A DNA stretch of 64,000 bases from Carpediemonas membranifera BICM (lineage: Eukaryota > Protista > Fornicata): NCBI GenBank assembly GCA_019828565.1, contig JAHDYR010000067.1, forward strand, positions 588,244 to 652,243, written 5' to 3'. Position numbers and translations under genes: made by a program. Below are positions 52,809 to 63,241 of the stretch, piece after piece (the first letter of the stretch is position 1; the number at the start of each line of letters is the position of its first letter). The notes below the pieces were generated by a model that had not been told where the DNA came from, did no database searches, and saw nothing but the letters and a program-made list of their open reading frames with translations.

Positions 52809-55519
52809 TTAATCGACACACTGGACAACGATATTGCACAGATCGTTGCTCATAGCACGCACTCTCAGGGCGAGCACGATGCTCTCACCATCAGGTGCAG
52901 GATAGGCCACAGCGACGGCCGCAAGCACGCCCTCGGGGCCGCCAAAGACGAAGCGGCCACATAAGCCGTGGCAGACGACCTTCTTGCCCTTGGGGACAAG
53001 ATCAGCAACGATCTCCTCCTTCGCAGGGATGTCTACAGCTTCCATGTTCAGCATAGCCTTGAGAGTCGCCTTAAAGTGCTGGGGTTGGTTCTCCTTCGAG
53101 CGGGGCAGAGCAAACATAGCCTTGACTTGGTGCTCAGGCTGGTCGTACTGGTTGTAAATCTTGGTAAAGACGTCGAGGTTCTTGAGTGGGACGGGGGCGA
53201 CGTAGTCAGAGAGCAGGAGCTCGATGGGGTGGGGGGTAAACTCGATCTCGACGCCCTTGTCATCTTCGTCTTCACAGCCGGTGCAGATTAGCCTGGCCTT
53301 GAGCTGGCCAAGCATCAGGTCGCCGTCGCTGGGGCGGAGGACGACATAGTGAGTGCCTGTCTTGTCGTCGTCGATGAAACCGTCAAACGGCATGTTCTCA
53401 ATAGACGCGACAAGCGGTACTTGGCCTTCAGGGTCTTCCGAGTCGTCAAGAATCTGGACGAGGCGGGGGTTCGCGAACTTGAGGTCACCACCGTAGTTGT
53501 TCTTGATGTTGAGCTCGAGCAGCACGCATTGCTCAAAGATAATCTTGCGGCACGTGATGAATGCGTCGTCGCCGCGGTCAGTCAGCTCAACGTGTTCGTG
53601 GGTGAGCAGGGGCTTGCCAAGTGAGTCACTGTCGATCGGAGCGTTAAGGGAGAGAGATACCTCCTCCATGTCGGGCAGCAGCGGCTTGGTCTCGATGGAA
53701 GAGACCTCGCAGGGAGCATCGGGCGGCAGGTCCGCGAGCACGCCGTTTTCCACCGCTTCCATGACGTCGTCGAGATCGAGTGTGGCGGGGAAGACCACGT
53801 CGGAGCATGCCTGGCGGTCGGCGGGCTCCTTACGGCCGAGGACGTACAGCGCGATGGCAACGCGGTCGCGAACATCGTCATCGGGGTCCCGGGCAAACGA
53901 ACGGAGCAGCTTCTCCACTACTGTCCTGGTCGACGGGGCGACCTTCGGGTGTGTGGCTATACGAAGGAGTGCGTCTGCCGCCACAGTTCTCTGCATGGCG
54001 TTTTCCAGGAGGAGTCTGTTCACAATAACCCGAATGTATTTCTCGGGCACGGTGACAAGGGGGGAGAGCTCAGCGACGTGGGCGAGGATCTTGGACCCAA
54101 GAGCGGGGTACTCGCAGTCCTCCAGGAACTCGCAGAGGTAGTTGAGGCCGTTCTCGCGCTGGTCGGCGTTAGAGGTGATGATTTGGAGAATGACGTCGAA
54201 AACACTGGACTTGAGCTCAAGCGAGCCTTCTTCTCTGAGCGATGCGGCCAGCATCTGGAGGACAGGCCCGTGCGTGTCCTTGTGGGTGGCTGTGATCTTC
54301 ATGATCGACTGAAGTACGTAGGTCTTGAGATGCTCCGGGATGGTGGACATGACGCTGACAATCTTACCGATGACGTCAGCCACGCCTTCGTTCTTGCTCA
54401 TGGTTACGTTGAGCGAGGCAATGAGTGCGTAGCAGCTGACCATGTTGTTGCTGTGGGTCGTGAGTGCCGAGAGCTGTTCACTAAACATCGATGCGATGCG
54501 GGGGTGCGTCGGGGTTGCAGTGGCGATGAGTCTGGTGGCCGCGAGGAGGCAAATGGTCCCCCGGGAGGGGCGAAGGAGGCCGTCGAGCTGGTTTCTGACG
54601 TCCTCGCGCCATTCTTCCGTCATATACTCGCTAGGCACTGCGAGGATGGTGCGCACGCCTTCGTACGCGACTGAGAGCGATGCGGACTTGCGGATCACCT
54701 GACTGACGCAAGAGACCAGGGTGCGGACGTGCTGCATGGACGAGCCCGACTCATCAGCAATGCATCTGTTGAGCAGATCTCTGCAAATCCGGATGAACGT
54801 CTCACATGCAAGCTCGTGGTGCGGCGGGTTGTAGTTCCTGATGAAGTTCATCATCTCGCTGAAGTTATCCTTCAGGACATGGTGGATCAGGGTGAGTAGC
54901 ATGTGGTCTGACGAGTTATCACGCTTCGTGCTCTTCGTCTCGAGGGTTTTGCGGGCCGTGTCAGCGTACTTGGGGCCGTTGCGTGCGTTGCTTGCCATAA
55001 AGGCGGGGGCGGCCATGGAAGCGGCGGCGACGTAGCGCTGGGAGGCGTCGGAGAGGAGACTGTTGATGCTGTCGGCGACTTCGCGAGGGCAGTTTTCCTC
55101 GCCGATACGAGCAAGGAGGCGGAGGGCGTTGGGCCCATAGTCAGTCTTCTGTGCGATGGCGTTGGTGAGAGTGTTGGTGACCATCATCTTCTCCACGGTG
55201 ACGAGGGGCGAGATGCGGTCAAGGACGAGGATGGCCTTCATTTTGGCCTCGAGGTCGTAGTGGGGCATAGCGATGATGCCAGAAACTCTCATGAAGACCT
55301 CACTGGCATCCTTTTCACCAATAGGAGTGGATGCGGAGAAGAGGTGGTAGATGAGACCATCGAGAACACGGTTCTTCGTGAGATGACAAAGGAGGAACAA
55401 ACAACTTCGTTGGTGGTGATCGCGCTGGCGTTACCGAACTTCTTCGTGGCCTGGATGACGCTTTGAACGTCGGTTTTATCAATAGGCGTCGGGCCAGGGC
55501 TCTTGTCGGCTGACGACAT
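52809..55519 (-). CDS. COPG: Coatomer subunit gamma, probably 2 exons
   Basis: LCEFLEDCEY, KYIRVIVNRLLLEN and DPDDDVRDR. A probable 32-nt intron at 55374-55405 (GTTGTT...CACGAAG) joins the first exon in frame. Confidence 0.92.
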
Positions 55520-55671
55520 TATTGCGGGAGAAAAAATAATTCGGCGTCAAAAGAGCATGACGCCAACCAAAATGCTCAGGGCTCAGGGAGATACTACGTG
55601 CAGTAGTCATTGCCCCCTTTTTGCTCAGAAAACTGTAAACCTTAACCTGCATAAAACGACCGGCGCTCATT

Positions 55672-56541
55672 ATGCCTGTCCAAGGAGGAAGAGAGTACGC
55701 TCTCCACCAGTTATTGCAGAATATACCGGTAGTAAGTGGTGGGCAAATCCCAGATGGCCTTCGCGCACTTCTAATGAGAGAAAACCTGCCTTCTCCTGAT
55801 GGAGCCATGTATCCCATCCGGCTACCCGCTCATGCTCGTCGGGCAACGCCTTCACGCGCCAGTGGACCGGATCGCACACGTATCCGCGGCTCAGTTTCCT
55901 TCCCAGGCAAGACCAAACCTGCCATCTTCGTTCCCCCCTCGTCTCTCTCCCTCGAGACTCACAGGAGCATCCTCCAGCCCGGTGCTGTCTTCTCCAACGC
56001 CACACCCGGCCCGCTAACCCTCAACCTGACTATTCTCCGCCTCCACGAGGATAACTGGACCGGGGTCGGCCGGCTACACATCGAATCCCCCGCCCGCATC
56101 GCCTTTGCTCCATCCCACGGTGTCTCATACACTGGGCCCGTGGTCATGCACTTCGTCTCGTTCCACTCAACTTCTTTCCTCACTCGACTCCCCAACGCCG
56201 ACTTTCACTACGATCTTTCCATGTGGGGAGAGCTGTGGCGTAGTTTAGACGAAGATGGGCCGTTTCCATACATGTCGCACACGTCTACTGGACCTAAGGC
56301 CGAGTATAACCCGGCAAAATCAAACTTTTTATTCTTTATAACCCACCCCATAGAGAATTCTGAAGTACCCATTTTCCTGTACGGTCTAGTCGACAAGCGA
56401 ACAGGCGGACTAACAGTCATCCCAGTGGCGTCGGGAACATGGGATGATGAGGAGCAGCCTGACCTTCTCGCAACACTGAGCCAGGATCCCGTGCTGCTCA
56501 GGGCGGGGGCATCGGGTCTGCTCGCTTCAGAGTTGGTGTGA
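55672..56541 (+). CDS. Hypothetical protein
   Basis: 289-aa ATG ORF filling the gap between genes; no recognised motif. Confidence 0.55.
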   Translation: MPVQGGREYALHQLLQNIPVVSGGQIPDGLRALLMRENLPSPDGAMYPIRLPAHARRATPSRASGPDRTRIRGSVSFPGKTKPAIFVPPSSLSLETHRSILQPGAVFSNATPGPLTLNLTILRLHEDNWTGVGRLHIESPARIAFAPSHGVSYTGPVVMHFVSFHSTSFLTRLPNADFHYDLSMWGELWRSLDEDGPFPYMSHTSTGPKAEYNPAKSNFLFFITHPIENSEVPIFLYGLVDKRTGGLTVIPVASGTWDDEEQPDLLATLSQDPVLLRAGASGLLASELV

Positions 56542-56760
56542 GGCGGCAGGCGTGGCAGTATCTGAGTTGGCCAGGTCAGGCGGATGGTGCATATGCTGTG
56601 GGGTTTTATAAATCACGCGAGACGGCGTGGTTCTGCTTGGATATGAAGCGATAAGCGGGATAGGCTCGGTTCTATCGCCAAGACCTACTGACAAGGCATA
56701 CTCGAGCCGAGCTGGGAAATGCAAAATGAATTACTTCGCAGAATTAAACAGTTGACTGAA

Positions 56761-56833
56761 GAAGCTCTGGAGAAGACGATCTCCCTACCGACTTAAGACG
56801 TGAGTAGGAGGGAGACAGGGCGGTGTTGAGCAG
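56761..56833. repeat. ~73-bp dispersed hairpin-forming repeat, copy 2
   Basis: Near-identical to 2748-2820. Confidence 0.85.
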
Positions 56834-57019
56834 AAGACGGTCTTTAAAGTCAATTTATATACGCTCACGTAAACAGCAGCAAAACCGCGCCCCGCGCGGC
56901 ATGAGGTGACTCGTTGCCTGGTTAGATGGCCGCCGAAGCCGCCCCGGTAGACGTTGAACCCAATCCTTAAAGTGCGCAGGAATGTGCACTAAAGTGCGCA
57001 CTGAACTCGAAAAGGCTTT

Positions 57020-58905
57020 ATGTCCTCCAAGAAGGGGAAAAAGCTTAATTCGGAGATATCTCTCGTACTCAAACGAGTCAAAGAGGGAGTAGAACGATTT
57101 AACGAACTTTACGACGCGGTCTATAGTACTGATGGCTCATCAAAGCAGAAAGACGACGCGCTGAAGCGAGAAATCAAGAAACTCCAACGGTATAGAGATC
57201 AACTCAAGACTTGGATATCCTCTGGTGAGATTAGGGACAACACAGCGCTCGTGAACAATCGAAAGCTTATTGAATCCGTAAGTGTCTCATCATGACTCTC
57301 ACACAGCAGATGGAACGATATAAGATCTTCGAACGCGAGTCCAAGACCAAGGCTTTCTCCCGTGAAGCGCTTTCACTCACCGATGACGCCGGCCGGCGCG
57401 CCTTTGGGCAAAAGGCCGAGCAGAAACAGTGGGTCAGCAGCACCATCGCCGAGCTCACCGGCGGTATCACCGAGTACCAAGAGGAGATTGAAAAGATCCG
57501 CTCTCGTAACAAGCTCAAGCGCTCCGACAAGCGAATGATCGACGAGCTCGAGCAACGCATCTCCCAACACCGGTTCCATGTTAATAAGCTCCAGCTCATG
57601 ACCCGCGCACTCGACCAGGACGACATCACCGTCGAGGACATCGACGAGATCAAGGACGACGTCGACTACTACGTCTCTTCCCACGACGACCCAGACTACC
57701 AGCCAAACCCGACCCTTTATGAGGACATTGACAACCTCATGATAGGCGAGGGCACACGCACAGAGGTGAAGATCGAGGAGGAGCCCCAGGGTTTGGATAA
57801 GACCATCGCACTCATGGGCGTGACATCTGAGAACTCGACGCCGAGGGTGGAGGTCGTCTCGAGGCGCGGCACCACTACAAACGTCGACGGGAACATCAAC
57901 GCCAAGCTTGAGGAGATCACCAAGCGGATGTCTGCTCCTACTACCCCAGTCGCCCAGAAGAAAGAGAAGACCAAGCGCAGCGAGCCCGCTGTGGGGGGGC
58001 CCAAGCCCGCCCGCCGACCTGACACAGGCCTCCCGCCCAAGGCCAAGCCCGGCCCAGCCCCTGCCGTCCCACCGGCCAAGGTCCCCCTCCCCTTCGCCCA
58101 AGTCGTCAGCCAAACCACCACACAGCCCGCGACTCAGCCACCCACACCTGCACAGAGCCAGAGCCAGGTGCCCCCCTCTCAACCCATGACTCCGCAGAGG
58201 TCGCAGTCAGGTTACTCGGACGTTATGCCGCCCGGGTTGTCAGCTGAACGAGAGACTCAACCCCCGATCCCCAAGAGCGAGAGTCAGAGCAGAGAAGCCA
58301 ACCGGGTCTCACCCACCGTACCAACCAAGGAAGCGGCCACGCCCGCGCTCTCCGAGGTCGACCTACCGCTATCCCCGGCCCAGACACCCCAGCACCCCGG
58401 CACTGCTTCGAGGGAACCCGTCCATGTGAGGGAGCGCGCGGCACTCGAGTTTGGCCTGTCTAACGTCACGCTGTCAGACGTGCATAAGCCTAGGCCGTAC
58501 CATCCCGTTAGACCGACCGCGACGCCGTCGTATTACCCACAGACACCCATGGCCGAGGCGGCGCAGTTTAAGTGGTACAAAGCTCAGCAGTTGGACACGC
58601 TGTTCTTCGTCTTTTACTATGAGCCGAACACGTATAACCAGTACCTCGCCTCAATTGCGCTCAAGGGACATGATTGGCGTTTCAACAAGAGGTTTCAGAC
58701 GTGGATGCAACGCGATGTCCCCCGGCATGTGGGCGAGCCCGGGGCGCCTACAGGCATCGTTGAAGTCCAGGACGACTTTGAGCGGGGGTCCTACGTCTAC
58801 TTTGACGCAAGGGACATGTGGTGTGTGCGAAAGAAGAGGGAGTTCACCCTGATGTATCGCGATATGGAGGGGGCGGGCGACGGCAGGCGTGTGGGGAGCT
58901 TGTAG
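57020..58905 (+). CDS. CNOT3: CCR4-NOT complex subunit 3 (Not3/5), 2 exons
   Basis: LKREIKKLQRYRDQLKTW, MERYKIFERESKTKAFS and NOT-box DTLFFVFYY..YNQYLA...WRFNK. Intron at 57278-57306 (GTAAGT...ACACAG, 29 nt). Confidence 0.96.
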
Positions 58906-59178
58906 TGTTATATGACGCATGTAAATGAGAGGTCTACCTTGTTGGTGACACATGAAGCTGGCAGCTCTCGCCGCTGCCTGCGGATGATGAGGAGGGTGGA
59001 GAGGAGGATGATGAGGGGTGGGTTACGGAGGACGAGTGAGCCGCCTGGGCAGTAAATGATCCCGTGTCCGATAGTGCAGGCGATGGTCATGCCTCATCTC
59101 CCGACCTCCCAGCTGGCGTCGGCGGTCGGCGAGTCGGCAGTCAGAATTTTGGCACCACCGAGCTGAGCGCTGAAACCA

Positions 59179-60795
59179 ATGAGCAGCGCTAGCTCCTCGC
59201 CATCTGCCATCAGAGATGCGCTGATCACCGCATTCCGCGCCTCGCTTGTTGTGACGGCCTCCATCTCCGGGGACATCCCCTCGTTGATCCAGTGCGCCTA
59301 CTCCAGGCACTTCAAGAAGCAGATGCCCTCGATTCACAAAGCAGATAGCACTTATACACCAACCAGCGCCCCTTCTCTCGAATCCCTCATCGCCGCGCTC
59401 TCCAAGCTGCCCCCTCTTGAACCGTCCGCGCAAGCCCTCCTCGACCGCGCCCGCTCGATCCTCACCAGCGGCCCCCCGCTGTCCATGAACGTCGAGCTCG
59501 CGGACGGCGAGGAGCTCCCGGTCGCCATGCACACGCTGAACCAGGGCGCGGTGTGGGCGTGTCTGCTGGGCGGCGGGGCCAACCCCGACCTCGAGGACAG
59601 AGTGCTGAAGGATAATCTAATGAGGCGGCCTCGTGATCGGGAGACACACGACAAGATCCGCAACGCTCTCACCCCCGAGGCCAAGTGCCTCTGGTTCCTC
59701 TGCCGCAAGTTCTTCTTCACGTTTAATGTCGCAGAGAAGGACGGCGAGTGCTGTCAGGGCACTGGGTACAAGAGCTACTACCACCACCGCATGTACGTGG
59801 GCCGCCTCTTCATGCTCGGCACTGCCAACCACACCGCCCTCACCAGGGCCAGGATGCCCAGGGCCCTCGAGGTCTACAGCAACAGGATTAGCCACATCGC
59901 CAGGACGCCCAAGGGCATGTGGGGCTGGGGCACTAGCGGACGTAGCCAGCTTGGGTTCCAGTCATTTGAGTTCAACGACCCGACCCGCCTCACCTTCCCC
60001 GCCTGCCCCAAGGTCGCCGCGCTCGAGGCCAGCCTGCCCCCCTGGGAGAAGCACAGGATGGTGACTGCTGTGTCGATATATGAACTTCAGACGTTCATCC
60101 TCACTCTGGTCGGCACTGTCATGGCGGGCTACAAGGCGAATTGGTTCATAGGCGAAGCCGATGAGGACAACAGAAAACTATTCAACCCAGTAGCAGTGCC
60201 CACTGGCTTTGTCCCAGATCACATCATGCATGTGGGTCCGTTTAATGCAACGACTGTCATCCTCTCAATGGGCGATCGGCAGATGATCAGTGGGAGAAAC
60301 GATTATGGCCAGCTGGGGCTCGGGCACGATGATGGGATGTCTGGCTTCGTTGACCTGCCCTTCTGGGTCGACCGGATCATGACTTCTGCAGATGAATTCA
60401 ACGTTTTCCTCGGTGGCCGCCAGCTGCTCTTCGCTGGTCGAGTTCGCCCTCATATCACCCAGTCGGGCCTGCTGCCTGGTTTCAGCGAACGCGACAAGTG
60501 CCTCACAGCCACCCCGCTCCGGTTCCCAGAGAGGGTCAAGGGGTTCTGGGGTGACTATGATCGGATGGTCTGGGTCACTGAGGGTGTCACCCACTATTAC
60601 GAGGATGAGAATCCAACTATGGTCCCCATTGAGGCGACAGCGGTCAATGGATACCCCCTCCGCTTCTGCGACTCAACTGGCCAGTGGTTCAAGGTGGTGG
60701 GTGAGTCAGATGGGGTGGCTGAGCTGGTCGAGTGCGAGGTGGCCGAATCGTGGGAAGACATCATTCCCGTCGATGTCGACCCGTATGATTCATAA
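59179..60795 (+). CDS. RCC1-repeat mosaic family copy J (intact, 538 aa)
   Basis: Uninterrupted ORF from the first ATG. Confidence 0.9.
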   Translation: MSSASSSPSAIRDALITAFRASLVVTASISGDIPSLIQCAYSRHFKKQMPSIHKADSTYTPTSAPSLESLIAALSKLPPLEPSAQALLDRARSILTSGPPLSMNVELADGEELPVAMHTLNQGAVWACLLGGGANPDLEDRVLKDNLMRRPRDRETHDKIRNALTPEAKCLWFLCRKFFFTFNVAEKDGECCQGTGYKSYYHHRMYVGRLFMLGTANHTALTRARMPRALEVYSNRISHIARTPKGMWGWGTSGRSQLGFQSFEFNDPTRLTFPACPKVAALEASLPPWEKHRMVTAVSIYELQTFILTLVGTVMAGYKANWFIGEADEDNRKLFNPVAVPTGFVPDHIMHVGPFNATTVILSMGDRQMISGRNDYGQLGLGHDDGMSGFVDLPFWVDRIMTSADEFNVFLGGRQLLFAGRVRPHITQSGLLPGFSERDKCLTATPLRFPERVKGFWGDYDRMVWVTEGVTHYYEDENPTMVPIEATAVNGYPLRFCDSTGQWFKVVGESDGVAELVECEVAESWEDIIPVDVDPYDS

Positions 60796-61288
60796 ATGAA
60801 GTCAACCCCACTCCAAGTCTCTCAACCATTTACCACTCGCTCAAGCAGGCCCGCTTGTCGGCTCCACAGTCTGCGGGGCGGTATTGTCCTTCGATCTACC
60901 TCAACTCGAATGCTTTGACCACCTGGTACGCATGGTCCCGAGCCAACCCCAGCGAGCTCATTCGCCTCTCGCCACAGCGTTCCAGACAAAGGAATAGCCT
61001 GGACATGTCGACTCTGCGGCATACCTACATCCTCTCAGCCTGGCGAATTATATTTGAGATCATCATTATATTTAGAAGGGATGTGGGTGACAATCTCGTT
61101 CTTCAAATAGACCACCGAACAACAGGCGGCACTGGATGATCATCTGCCGGCCAGTGTTAGTGATAAATGGAGCTCAGAAGTGCATAGCTGACTCTTCGCT
61201 GCTGTAATCGATCACATATCTCGCCTAATCAAATCTCATTTTGATCGCACCTTTGGGCAGAGATCCCTTTGCGGGCAATTCCACGGCA

Positions 61289-62803
61289 ATGTCTGTGGCT
61301 ACTATCGCTATGACTGTCTATCTGATGATGTTGAATATCCTATTCACTTCAGCCTACACAATTGGGTTTCTTACGAGCACCGTCATCGCCGGCATAGTTC
61401 TGGTTAGTACCCCGCTTTCCGTGCGTGGAGTATGTACCGTTACACTCTACATGTCTATGTATGGCCTTGTATGCCGAGCCTTCGTCTTTGACGTCCTAGT
61501 TGACAGTTTTTTCCGTCTCATCTACAGCTCATCCGAGATCTTCCAAAAGGAGCACCCCATAGGCATTTTCAAGACATCAGTTGGCGAGTTGTTCTCCCAG
61601 ATGATTGGATACGTTGCCTACACCGCCACAATGTGCTACGCCGTGTATTCCTACGTCCTCAAACCTCTCGTCAGTCTGTCAGCCCAACGCCTGGTCGTCG
61701 CGATCATATTCATAGTAGCTTCGGTCGTTTACGTCCCAATAATGCTTATTCACTTCATCTTCTGCACCTGCTACTTCTTTGGGCTGCTCCCACTCACCGC
61801 TAGCCAGTTTGTCGTCGCCAAGAACATCATATACTTGTCAACATTCGTCCCCACGACATCAGTGTACTTGGTCGTAGCCGCGCTCAGCTTCAGCATGCTT
61901 ATGTTCCACCGTGTCCGAACCCGCGCGCGCCTTTCCCCTCCTGTGTTTACAGTGCTTCTTGTACTCATTGGCAACCGTCTCTTCCACCTGTTGGAGAATA
62001 TCTGTAGATATATCATGCCGGACACCATTTACTATGTGTTTTATAACTTCGTCGTTGTCCCGTTCTCTATAGTGTATATCATTCTTTTATACACCATAAT
62101 TCCCGTCATGTTTATTATCGTACCAGGAAGGGTCAAGCGGTGCGTCCCCCAGGCGGTGGCGAGCAGCCCGAGGTGCAGACGGTACCTGCGCTCGTTCATG
62201 AAACGCCAGTACTGCGAGGAAAATTTCGACTTTCTGACTGTTACCGCCAAGTTCAGGGCCCAGGCCTCGAATATGCCGAGTTCCCAGGACAGAAAGCTTC
62301 TTGCTAAGAGCATCTCAGCCCAAGAGATATATGACGCTTTCATTTCTGACTTTGGTGACTTCCAGGTCAATCTTCGTCAAGATACGTGTCTCACGATCCT
62401 TCACAGAATCAAATCGGATGATATCTCGGCTGACCTGTTCGAGCAGGCGGAGAAGGATGTTTGGGCGATCATCAACGGCGACGTCTACCCCCGTTTCCTC
62501 TCCAGCGACGAGTACGGCCACATGGAGCTCATGCTGCGCCACGGCGGCGCCATTAAGGCCGTCTCCGTGATTGGCGCGGGCTTCATTCTTGCGCGCCAGG
62601 GTATCAAGGAACGCCTCATCAAGTACGGCGTCATCAAGGACCATGGTTCCGTCGACGAGAGCTGGGTGCACCCGTTTATGAGGCCGGACGCGTTTAAGTT
62701 CGACCGGGATGCCCACAAGAACGTTGAGATGATGGAGAACCCGTTAGCGCAGGCATACCCCGCCGTCGGGGGCGGTATGCCTGGCCCTCTCTCCTCGATA
62801 TAG
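61289..62803 (+). CDS. Multi-pass membrane protein with C-terminal RGS domain (7TM-RGS-like)
   Basis: About 7 hydrophobic segments, then RGS signatures FMKRQYCEENFDF, IYDAFI...QVNL, LFEQAE and DVYPRFLSS. Confidence 0.9.
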   Translation: MSVATIAMTVYLMMLNILFTSAYTIGFLTSTVIAGIVLVSTPLSVRGVCTVTLYMSMYGLVCRAFVFDVLVDSFFRLIYSSSEIFQKEHPIGIFKTSVGELFSQMIGYVAYTATMCYAVYSYVLKPLVSLSAQRLVVAIIFIVASVVYVPIMLIHFIFCTCYFFGLLPLTASQFVVAKNIIYLSTFVPTTSVYLVVAALSFSMLMFHRVRTRARLSPPVFTVLLVLIGNRLFHLLENICRYIMPDTIYYVFYNFVVVPFSIVYIILLYTIIPVMFIIVPGRVKRCVPQAVASSPRCRRYLRSFMKRQYCEENFDFLTVTAKFRAQASNMPSSQDRKLLAKSISAQEIYDAFISDFGDFQVNLRQDTCLTILHRIKSDDISADLFEQAEKDVWAIINGDVYPRFLSSDEYGHMELMLRHGGAIKAVSVIGAGFILARQGIKERLIKYGVIKDHGSVDESWVHPFMRPDAFKFDRDAHKNVEMMENPLAQAYPAVGGGMPGPLSSI

Positions 62804-63241
62804 TTGTTGCTTCAGTTTTTGCTTGGGTTGCTGGTGAGCTTGGTAAGTTGCGGTTGCACCTCGCGTCTTCCTCTATTCTTGCTGAATGTTGGTGGTGTGT
62901 GCTCTTCCCGGTAGTCGGCACTCATGTAGATTCTTCAGTAAACTCTTAGATACGCTTCTCGATGACGGCGTTGAGGCGACTTGGCTCTGTCTCGACGCTC
63001 GTTCCATCGCGTAAGATGGGGCAAGTGGGGCAACCAAGGCAAGGAGCATCCCTCGCTGATATGGAAATGGATCAGAAAGGTGTTGTGGCATTTGAAAGTG
63101 CGTCCCTCCACCGATCTTTCGACACACACCGCTGGCGATCATGTGGTGAAGTCAGCCATCGATCATTCTGTAGTCGATCAGCCTTGATCATTATCGGCAT
63201 CAACGCGGGAAGTGATCCGGAGGCGACGAGTATCACACAAT

